Assembly (NCBI GenBank): GCA_002269645.1
Contig: NIVC01002161.1
Location: 1-64,000 of the forward strand
From: Macrostomum lignano
Taxonomy: Eukaryota
DNA length: 64,000 nucleotides
Direction: 5' to 3'
Shown: in pieces, positions 35,201 to 47,200 of the stretch
Position numbering within the stretch: the first letter of the stretch is position 1
Layout: each line of letters starts with the position of its first letter
Program-made: the position numbers and the translations under genes
The notes under the pieces: generated by a model
The model's database searches: none
What the model saw: the letters and a program-made list of their open reading frames with translations, nothing else
What the model was told of the DNA's origin: nothing

Positions 35201-38200
35201 CCTGGGATGTCTTGGGATGTATTGGGGTGCGTTGGGATGTCTTGGGATGTATTGGGGCGCGTTGGGATGTCTTGGGATGTACGCTCGTATTGGGGTGCGT
35301 TGGGATGTCTTGGGATGTATTGGGGTGCGTTGGGATGTCTTGGGATGTATTGGGGTGCGTTGGGATGTCTTGGGATGTATTGGGGTGCGTTGGGATGTCT
35401 TGGGATGTATTGGGGTGCGTTGGGATGTCTTGGGATGTATTGGGGTGCGTTGGGATGTCTTGGGATGTATTGGGGTTCGTTGGGATGCATAAACAATTGG
35501 CATCTGACCGCATTGGCATTGCCGCCAAGTTGCATAGCCCTGAGCTGCAGCCAGGTCCAGCTCGTGTCCAGCTGGGTGGATCGAATGAAGCTGATGTGCA
35601 CGCCGAGGCCGCGGTGTACGGCGCTGCAGTCGATGCAGAGGAACACGCCGTAGGTGACGCTGGCCCACGAGGGATTGTTGGCGCCGCAGTCGAAACAGAT
35701 CTGATGGAAGATTAACCAATGGTTTTTAATGAGCGATAACATTGGAGCTGACAAACAAACTATTTATTGCTAAACTGCTCAAGTTAATAAAAGTCCAGAT
35801 TGCTAAAATGGCAGTCGCATATTGAATTTACAATGAAAAACAGATTACCAATTTATTTAATGACTTTTTATTAGAATTAGAGATTGGATAGAATCAAATT
35901 TTTGCATTGATCCTAGGAATTTAGAACTTTAGGAAGTGTTTAGGATCAAAATCCTTTTCTGATATATAAACATACCTATGCCAAGTTGTAGCTTAAAAGA
36001 TAATTGAATAATTATTTGATAGATGTTTTTAGCATCTGGGGTAGCAAATCAAGAGAATCAATAAATTAAGAGAATCATAAATAGGCTTTCTATTCATAGA
36101 GATTTCTTATGAAATAAGATTTTTAAATAGTTATACTACTTCAAGTATAGCTCTCTTATGGAATGATCCATAAAGATAATAGCTAAATACTTTTTTATAG
36201 ACTGCAAATTTTAAATTATTGTATAGTTATTATAAAAATAGAACATTTTCTGAAACCAACAATAAGAATTTTTATTAGTGCTTTTCTTTTTGGAATTTAT
36301 GTTGGCTTGGCATTGATTTAGTCATTTTAGCTAAACATTTGTAATTATATATTATACAATGACAGTTTATAGAGCAGAGACTATAAATATAACTTATATA
36401 TAAAATGTATGACAAATAAGGCCAATGTACAATGGAAATTTGTCATATGCCTTTTTGGCAGATTGGATTAGTATGCAAGCAGTATGCATTGGATATAAAC
36501 AAAAAATTTTTGTTTGCATTCTGATATGCACTTATTATGATCCCATAATCATAGCATACCTTATTGGAATAAAATCTAAAAATGTGCAGATGCACATCAA
36601 GTGTCTAGCAAAAACATGCCAAGGTTAAAGAGTCACTTTCAAGGTACATAGGCCATGTCAAGGAATTACTAAGTGTGCACTAGGGCCTAGGTGTTGTGAC
36701 ATCTTTTTAGCACTCTGCGTTGCTTCTATAGTCCAGATTATGCTGGGTGCACACCTGAACAAAAATTGAATAATTACAAACATATGCCAAAAAAATGAGT
36801 ACACGTTTACACTTTCAAATCTATGCAATTTGTGTAAAGGACCTTTTTTGACTAATAATTTGGTTTTTGCTTTTTTGCTTATACCATTTATAGCAGAAAA
36901 TTTATACATGGAAAAATTGTTTAAATGCCTTATTACAAGCTTTAAAAGTCTAGAAAGTGTGAAATTTATGCTTAACATGAATTTTTTTTCATTTTAAGGT
37001 GCAAAAGCTTATTACAAGCTTTAAAAGTCTAGAAAGCTTGAAATTTATGCTTAACAATGAATTATTTTTCACTTTAAGATGCATGCCAAGTGTGCACATA
37101 TATTATTTTCTTAAGAGTGATATATGTCTACTTTTGGCATGCAAGGCCAATGCATGCCCAAATTTTTGGGCATATATTACATGATCTAGCTAGTGTGGCA
37201 TTGCTTAGCTTTGGCAATGGTGGCATATTAACAAAACATTGCTATTCAGAGCATGCCAAATAGCTATTCCAACTTTTAACATTTAATCCATTCTATTAAT
37301 GGCTTTTTGACATAGATTCTAAGCACTGTGCCAAGCAAGTGTCATACTGTAGTACATTGTGCCATATACTATAACTATAGTCTAGATCATGCTAGGTACA
37401 TTTGGTAGAAAATTAAAATGCATAAACTTTTGTTTATATGCCTAATTACAAACTTAAAACTAAAAAGCTTTTTTATCCTTTATTCCACTTAACTCTTAAT
37501 ACTAACTATTTTGCATGATTCTATAAAGTGTATGCCTAGTGTATATGTACCAGACTCTAAATGGTATACATTAGGGACTTCTAGAGCTAGCACCACTGGA
37601 CTGGAAGCAAAAATAAAACATTCCCCCAATTTTATGCTAGTGTGGCAAGGTAGAAATTTTGTTAACAAAGCTAAAAAAGCTAGTTCTTTTAAGTTTGGGC
37701 ACTGGGGATAGGGGACTGGGGATAGGGGACTATGGGGAAGAGCAGGGAAATAGACAAACAAATAGAAATGTACAGGGCTTGGGCACCAAGCTCATGACAA
37801 TGATATGTGCTCGTTGGATACATAATTTAAGAAATTAGTCACCCTTCTAACCCCCATTTTTTCTTTGCCTCTCTGCCAAGAACTGACAGAGTATATTATG
37901 CCTTGCACTGTGCAGGTTGCCCTTAAATCACAAATCCACACTGCTATCATTTCCAAGAGCCTGTTTCAGTACCAGCTTTAAATTCTACATGCATGTTCAG
38001 CCTACGGATGCTCAACTCAAACAAACTGGAATCAGGAGTGAGCTTCCACAGCCAGTCTCTCTAAGATGCTGCTGTGCTATTGAGAAATGGAAGCAAGCAA
38101 ACTTGAGAAGACTTTGAGCAGGAGAAGTTATCCAAGATTTGCTCTTGCGATTTTTTTTCCAATGACTTCATTGAAGCATCGGCAGATACCAACGTCATAT

Positions 38201-41200
38201 GTAATAAGAGAAGCAAGTCACTATAAAGGAAGTGTGTGAAGCTTGGAGCGGTTCCATCCATCTTCCCGAATCGGCGGAATGCTTCCATCTACTTGCTATT
38301 GGACAAGAAGGCACCGCGAGCAACCACAGTGTCAGTGACATTGTCTAAGCGCATGGAGAGAGAGCTGGAATTGGAGTCTTTCTAGAAGTTGACTTCATTG
38401 CTGAGACAGACTTTCAGGAGATCCAGCGCAAGCTGGAGCAAGAAGCAACCAAGCCAGCTAGATTTCAGACAACTATCCAAGGCCAGCTCTGCATCTATAA
38501 GCTAGAGGGAGCCAGTGTGCCACATTTCCTGCAACATTTGTCTGGCCAAGACCTTTTTGTCACGTATGGAGCCAATGGACTGCCACTAAAAGCAAGCATG
38601 TTCAGCGACCTACTGACTGGAGGAAAAGCTTGACTCTCAGCCAGCTAGTGAATCTCATGTCGAGAATCAAGAATTGGACTAAAGATTCATGCAAGGCCAA
38701 TTCGACCCAAGACTGGGGTCTCCAGTCTACCGGATGCAGTACAAGACCTCTTGGAGGAAGCAGAAGGGCTGACAGACAATCGGACTGTGAGCTTTGCACT
38801 AAAGCAGCTGAAGCTTAGCAGGAAGCCATCATGCACCCAGAGGTACTCTAAGGATCTTGTGTTTTCCTGCTTGATCTACTCTACCAGTGCCTTAGCAATG
38901 GACAATAGACACCCCATCAATGGCAATGGACAATGCTTAAACAGGACGCCATCTGCCTCCCATCTATAGCACTCAAGGTCAATAACTGCAAGAGTTGGAT
39001 TTTCAAGAAGCCTTGACAGTGAAGGCTTCCTTGCGCTAAGAGCTTCAAAGCTGTCATAGATGGAGAAGGTTGTGACCCTGGTCAACAATGAGATCTACAT
39101 TGCATGTAGGATTGAATTGATGCCATCATTCACGGACAAAGCAACAGGCCAGTCTGTGTTCCTGCTATTCGATCCGGTGCACAACTTGAAAAATGTCTCA
39201 AACGTTTCCTGTCAAGGAGTCTTCCATCTCTATCCATCTTTGGCTCTTATAATTGCAATTGTTCTTAAACAAGTTTGCTCAGAGCCTGGCTCTAAATCAA
39301 TATTTTTCTCTATTATTACCATATATTCTCATTATGAAGTCTAAATAATCATGCTAGTAGCAGCAATGTTTCCAAAATATAATTGCTTTGTATGCTGTTG
39401 GTGTTAAAGACTTGTAACAGCTCTCTGAGAGATAAAATGCCCCTTTTTACTTACACAATAGCTGGAACGGGTTGTCACACTAAGGTAAATGCGTGTGGGG
39501 AGCTTCCCGTCCAGTGATGCTATTTTTAGAAGTCCCTATATTACAAGTCTGTTACAGAACTTCATATAATTACAGGTGTGCATAAAATTGCAGATTAGCA
39601 AAAAATTGCAGAAATGCATAATATTGCTGAGTTTTAAAACTTCTCTCATTGGATAGTAAATTCAATTCTCTATAACATAGTGCTTTGCCAAAAGAATCCT
39701 ATGCTTTATTCTATTTGAAATTGAAACAAAAAATAAATTACAGAACTTCATAAAATTACAGGTGGCATAAAATTACAGACCATCATTTTTACAGCTGCTC
39801 ATTTATATATATATAGTGTGTGAGCAGTTAGCGTACAGCTATAGCTGCATTCATTAGCAAGTGCTCTTATCATTTTTTTCAATTACAAAGTTTGCTTTTG
39901 CTTTAACCAGAGCCAGAGAGCATGGGCTAAGCATGTGCTTTATCACTTTAGAACATTTGCATAAGCACAACACAAGCACAATCATCAAACAATCTCAATG
40001 TGGATTTCATATCAGTCAACATGTAGACATATTTTATGCTCTATTCATGTTCTTGCTTTAGCATTTAGGCTATATGAGATTATATAACAATACAATTTAG
40101 TTAGGCCTAACAAAATCTATAATATTTCTATAAGTATAATATCTATAATAGAGACTAGAGATAAAGATGGGCATGGTTATATATATACTGCCTTACTCTA
40201 AATGTAGCTAGCTTATATGCCTATGTCTATGATATCTATTGACATTTGACAAACCATACTAGGCACTGACTAAGCCCTTAGGCCCAGGTCTATTATTAAG
40301 TTGAGGAGCTTTGGCTAGGTCTAGCCAAAGAAGCTTAAACTATTTCTAGGCCTGACTTTAAAATAAAGCTTGGTCAAAATTATATAATCTAGATTATAGT
40401 CTATAGCTAATTGGTCTTAGGCCCTAGGTTTACTTTAATGCTTTTAACTATTTTGCCTATCTTGACTTCAATAAATATATATATAAAAAATTAATATTTA
40501 GATCATAAATCTCTCTACATAGTATTTTATTTAAGATTTGGATTGATATACCTGGTATATAGGCCAAGGGCCAGGCCTAGGTAGTAGTTATATATTAAAA
40601 ATAGCTAACACCATGGCTAAGCCTATATACTATCAATATCTAATTATGTCATCTATGACTATGTAAATAAAGTAATGTTTCTTAAAAATGCAAAGTTTTG
40701 TGATTTTATTCACAAAGTATTTATGTCACAAAGTCAATGACCAAAAGTGGCTATGAAATATTATTTATTATTTATATGAATTGAAATATTTTATTAAACT
40801 TGTTAACTTATACTTGCTTTAAGACTAATATAAAATTTGCATATTATAAAGTTATATATATATAATGGTCATCAAATATTTCTAAAAAGACTATATACCT
40901 AAAATAAAAGTTAGCACCTCTTATCTCATCTGGAGACCATATGATTAGATTATAAAACTATTAAAAATAGATTACCAAATCATATATTCCTTTATTCCTA
41001 AAAGCATAAATAAAATGTTATTAAACTATTAAAAGCTTATTTATATCCATTTCAGCTCATCCTGCCTTTCTTGAGTCTTATAAAATAAAAGACTCAGCAT
41101 GTATACAAGAAGGTATAAAGGGATGCAACAGGTACTAGTCCAATGGGATGATGTCTCCCAAGGTGCACAGCACTATGTTACCATAGATGACCTAAAAGGA

Positions 41201-44200
41201 ATGATTGTTCCAGGAGCAAAGGTTTCATTTGATGACAAAGAAAACATCTGGGAAGGCACAATTGTGCAGAAAAAAATAATACCAGAATTGCCTACTTGTA
41301 AGAAAAGGAAAAATAGAACAAATGCCCTGGCTACAAGCATCAAGGAGCTGCCAGGACCTGGCTAGTCTGATTCTGCATGCGCAGCTGCTGCAACTGGTGA
41401 GCTGCCAGGACCCGGCCAGTCTGGTTCTGCATGTGAAGCTGCTGCAACTGGTGAGCCCGCAGGACCCGGCCAGTCTGGTTCTGCATGCGCAGCTGCTGGT
41501 GAGCTGGAGTCAGACGCTGCTGTGTCATCAATTAGTAATGGTTGCGGCTTGGTCCACTCTGCAGTCAGCAATTTCCAGTTGAATCTGAGTTTTTCAAAAT
41601 TGTGTTGGAGGAGATTGTCGACGATGTTGCACAACTTTACGACTCTACTCAGGGTTCAAATCAACATGACTGGCTTAATGAGTATTATGAAGGAGTCATA
41701 GGTGTTGCCTTTATTGATGATGAAATTGAGCAGAAAGTTGCTGACGAACTTGTCGCTTCGTATTCTGTTGCGGCTGCTGCAACTTCTCTGGCTTCATTGT
41801 CTGTTGTGGCTTCTTCCACTGCTCAGGCTTCTTATCTGGTGCTGCTTCGAGTAGTGTCGATATCGTTGGAGAGGAAGTCGAGCAAAAGGGCATCGCGAAC
41901 CCAAGCAAGAAAGAAGTGGGGAAGAAATATGTGTGCCCATTTCCAAAGAAGGGCGAGACAGAGCCGCAGCATGGCATTGTTGGCTCTCGGCTAAGTCAAC
42001 ACATCTGTGAGTCACACCGAGACCTTCTAAATGGCAACTCAATTGAATCACTTGTCCAGAAAATCAAGCTGCATATGCAAAGTATGTTACCACCAGATGA
42101 GTGCCCAACCAAGGTTCCGTGTCCAGAGTGTGGCCTTCTGTACCTAAAATGGGCCTTGAATCAACACCTTGAATACACCACAAAGTTCCTAAAGGCCAAA
42201 CCTCATCTGCTAAGAAGCAGAAGGCTTTCAAGGAACTAAAAGTAGCCATTACCGAAGGAAATGCAATGATGGAATTGGATAAGGAAATCCTTGAGTACAG
42301 TAGCTGGCTGCTAAAATGGGAAGGCACAGGCCTGTGCAAGAGTACCATTGATCGTTTGACTCGAATGATTGGGCAAATGTGTGAAGAGTGCAGCTTCGAG
42401 GGTCTAATGGATTTTCTGAAGCAAGATTATCGAGATCAACTCAATGGAATTGTGGAGAGAGAAGGTCTTTGCACTAAGTCAGGAGGCAGATTTTATCTTG
42501 ACGCCTTGACGCACCTTGTTTCCTTCCTTTGAGCACGTCGCTTTGTAGAGGTCTGCGAAGGTGAGTTGAATTTTCACCTCCTCGAATTTGAGGACTGCAT
42601 GAAGCGCCTCGTTAAAACCTACAGCCACAAAGTGAAGAAGCCTTACAATGCCGAATTGCGAGACAAGCTGGATTCCGACCTGCTGAAGAACGAAGAGGTT
42701 GCTGAACTGCACAAGGAGGTTGTAGACTTGCTGGACAAGGCAACGAACCTGATGGAAACACAGCCTGATAGTCCAGCTATCTCACTAGCGATTGCAGCAG
42801 CTTTCTGCTTCTCTGAGCCAGATGGCAACGCCAGCCGACCAGATGTTGTTGATAATGCAACAATCGTCGAAGCAAGGAGTTGGCTTGAAAACCAAGAGGA
42901 TGAGTTTAAGGTGCACAAGCACAAGACTGCCAATATCTATGGTGCAGTGCGGATTGGCGTGGACAGCTACCACCAACTTCTGGCTAAATTTTGCCAAAAG
43001 AGAGTCAATGAAAGTAAAGACGACTCCGAACCTCTGTTTTAAATCGAGTGTGGATGGACAACCCTCTGGATGCGTCAACGAGCCAGCAACATCAAGATCC
43101 AACGTGTGACAAACATAGCCTATCGAAAGTATATTAAAACCTGGAGCAAATTGCTACTGGACCCTGAGGCGCAAAAGGCAGTTTTGAAGCGATTGGTACA
43201 CCGTGAAAATGTTGCCAGGCAATTGTACCAGGCAACTGTGGCTCATGAAACGATGGCTGCAAAAATGTCAATCCGTGGAATGCTAACAACAATTGCCAAT
43301 CCCAATCGAGCAAAGGATTTAGTGGAACTCGAATCCAAGCAACCTGTAGAGAAAAAACTTCACTTGGCCTGGCAAGCGGCCATTGTTGCCACCTATGATA
43401 TTTGAAAGTGCAGATGAGTCGCAGAATGATCAGCCTAGACCATCAACCAAAATCAAGAAGTCAGCCAATGTGACCAAGCAGTCTACAGTTAAGTTGCCGC
43501 TGCAGAAAACGCCGATCAAGTCGAAAGGCAGAGCCAAGTAGTCAGCCAATGTGATCAAACAGTATAGTCAAGCAGCTGTCCAGCAAAGATTGACTGAAGT
43601 GAATGATACTGGACAAAAAAGGAGGCGCAAAGATACAGTTCTTCAGGCCTGAAGTATGAAGATGACATGACTTATAAGTACATTCATTTTCTTTTGTTAA
43701 ACTTGCAATTCGTGCCAAAAAGGAGTACACCTTGAGCATTTAGGATTTTTAGAGATAGGTGATTAAATAGAAGCTGCTAATATTAGATTTATTTGACCAT
43801 AGATAAAATGCTACTGTCAGTCACACCAAAGACAAGTCACCAAAGACAGTCAACATGAAAAGTGATATTCAAGCTTTAAAATGAATACAAATAGAATTAC
43901 TACTTGATTTTCGGCCTTAGAACAAGAGTTTTCAACAAAATTAATATAAAATTAAAGTGAATAGCTAAGGAAATGGCATGGCTGAAAATCTTTCTTTTGT
44001 CTAAGTTTGTTGCAAGCCAATATTCGCATTTTATTTTACTAGGCAAAATTCTTTATGCTGCTTCATAGAAACTATAATTGACAGACTAAATGTTTGCTGC
44101 ATTCTTCTTTTAATAGTATGATCTTTATTCAGCCTTATTTTCATTGCAAAATGCTTTTCTATGGTTGCCAAGCTGATGCAATCTTGCTCATTTTTTATTA

Positions 44201-47200
44201 AGGACTTTGTTCCTGTGACAGTTTGCAACTTGCATTCATTTTTAGTTTTGTCCAGTTTCTTGGCATTTTACATACAAATAGTACTACTGTTCTTCAAATT
44301 AAACAACTACAACTATATGACAACAACTATATGACAATGTATTCCTGTACCTAGCTTTTTATTCTGCATTTTTTAGTCTTACTATTCTCTGTATATATTG
44401 TGCTTCTAGTATTTGAACATCTTTTTAGGAAATTGATTTTATGGATTCCTTAATGTGCTCTCTGATTTGCAGTCATTTTGCCAGACTGATTCTTCATAAC
44501 TGTATGTTTATAGCCCATGATCCATCAGCTAAGTTTGAACCAGAAAAAATATTGTTGCAATGTACTTTTATCACCCATATTTGAACCAACTGTCTGTTCA
44601 AGGTATACAAATGATTGTCTAAGTAAAAGGCCATTAACATTTATATTTACCCTGTCCATGTGTATCTAAGTTTTATTGCTAATATAATTTCTGTTGCGGA
44701 CAATATATATTCATATGATATATACTTAGTAATAGACTTCATCATAAAGGCTTTTGATTGTTTTAAAGGCCATGATATAGACTCAAATTCTGATTAATTA
44801 CAGATCTGCATATTTTTACAGTTGGCAGCAATCATTTAAAAAGAAATGACTAAATAACTTGTAGATGTGCATATTATTACAGGGTTAATAATATTACATG
44901 CTTTTAATCTGCTATAAGCAAAGAGTACAATTTAGCTAAACCTACAGGTATCTCACTGTACTTGTAAGTTGTTTCTAATCATCTTACCAGCAATATTAAC
45001 CTTAGTTGAACAGTTTTGTGAATTGAAATTGCAGGCACTTCTAATTTTAATTTATCAAAAGATGTGACTAACATTTTCAGCTTTCAAAGAAAACACATGC
45101 ACTCTTTTTCCCTTGCTACATTGTTTCAGAATGTAGGAATTCTATGTAGTAGCTACTAGCAAGCAGAAAAATAGCTCAAGTACTTGAAATGACTGCTTTT
45201 AAAATAGAGCTTGCCTAGCTTCTTCATTTAAGTGTATCACTCAGTTAAACCTGCCTTGCTAACAACAATGAATTTCAAAGAACCAATGTGTCTTAACTAT
45301 GGTGGTATTGTAGGCTAAATTTCTCTACTAAATTGGTAAGAACAGTTTTGCTTCTGCTGAAAAGTTCAGTGTTGCACTGATTGCACTATAAATAAACTAT
45401 TTATCCAATGCAATACATTTAACTAGCACTCTTGCACTCATTATTTATCCTTATGCTTTCTGCAAAAGCATGCACCCATGCAACAATATTTATCTAATGC
45501 GTCAATATTTTATCATTGCGATACAGTAAATCTTGCTCATTTGCATTCATCTGATTATATAGCCCCATTTCATGTGAGCTTTCCTTGCACATAATCAAAG
45601 TGCAGAAAGTATCCTCTCTTTTCCCTTATGCTTTCCGAAGAAAAGCAACTAACTTTGTAAACCTCTGGGTTCAATTAAACTAGAGGTATTTTCTCTTTTC
45701 ACTGTCTAAGGGCCAAACTGTCTTTTGCCTAGCTTAGGTCAAGCCACCCTGGACCCTAGCCTTGTCCTCAGTGGAGGGCATTCAAGGATTTGACCTCTTT
45801 CTTTGTTCTGATTTTTTTGAGCCTGGGAATTTTGTGAGGTCCACTAGTTTGGCTCTTCCCCAGTGCCATTTGTTTTCCCCTGATCATTGTAACTCCTTAT
45901 TGAGCCCCCCACTTGATATATTGGTCACTAACCTGCCCTACTATTATTTCTATTATACTATTTTAACTTTCTATTTACATGATACTCAGCTTTTCCTAAC
46001 TGCCAACCTGTTTAATATGAGCAATTCAAGGCGCCCCATCTGGTTTGTTTGGCTCCAGACCCTTGCCACGTAGTTATCTGCTTTATTGCCTTTTGATTTC
46101 ATGTGCCTACCCTATCTCTGTGCAGGCCTACCATAGAGTGCATGAGGGGTGCCAGCCAGCTCCCACAGTTGAGCTTCCCTCCTTTTTTCCTGCACACTGA
46201 CTCCAATTGTTTCTCTATACCAGAATTTAGATTGCACTATTCAATTTGCTTTGCGATTAATTTGATATTCAACCTGCAATCATCTCCATGCTATGTGGAC
46301 TATGGAACTCAACCCTATATGGGGAGGCGCCACCCCTGCTGTCAGCCTATCCTTGATGGAACTCCTCGAGGAAGGTGCACACAAGCCTATGAGGATTGCT
46401 AAAGCAGAGCCTCCAGCGCCACCACCAAGTCCAGACGCCTGGATAGACGGCTATATGGACACAGTGAAGGCAGCCTGGACATTGGAAGTTGCCAAGATGG
46501 ATATCCTCCAGTTCATAGAGCACAATCATGACATGCCATCTCCACCGCCAGCTAGCTGGTACAAAGACATTAGCCCAGAGTTGCCTGCCACTCAGCCCTA
46601 GCAGGAGGCCCATTCGCCGCCTATCACCAAACTGGAGCCTGCCCAGCTCCTAGCAGAACTGCTCAGCTGGGAGGTCAAGAGCAGCCTGGGCACCCGGCGA
46701 GTAAATGATTGCCAGAATTGGTCAAGCTTTGCCTGGCACTATTTGCCGCAAGCAGCTGCCCTAGCCATTGATGCAGTTACTACCCAGCTAGGAGAGTGCC
46801 CAAATGATGAGCCGGGACTGCAGGTCAACCTAACCTGTTGCCTTGTTGCCCTGTCTATTGAACATGTGGCGCTGCGCTGAGGTATCTCCCCCAGGCTAGA
46901 AAGATTCTTCAATAGCGCACACGTTGCCAGTTGGGTTGCTGCCCCTGATTGGCCAGCCAAAGCCAAGGACTCTGCTGATGCCATGGATCAGCCTCAGCCA
47001 CCTGAAGCTGCCCAGCCCTCGTGCCAGCGCTGCAATGATGATGGCAACTGCAGTGACTGACCTGTAAACTGTGGTGGACAAGCCCCGCAAGCCGAGGCCA
47101 CTACTGAGTGAATGTGCAAGGGTTTGCGGACTTTTTTTCTGACTTTTGTAGGGCACCCCAAGCATGTGGCAGTTGGGTTGCCACTTTTATTATTGAAACT

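Noticed and set aside
38061-38288. Minus ORF as ArfGAP exon 1
   Set aside because: It is antisense to the THAP remnant; the true exon 1 at 52157-52083 matches the ArfGAP2/3 N-terminus with a GT donor.
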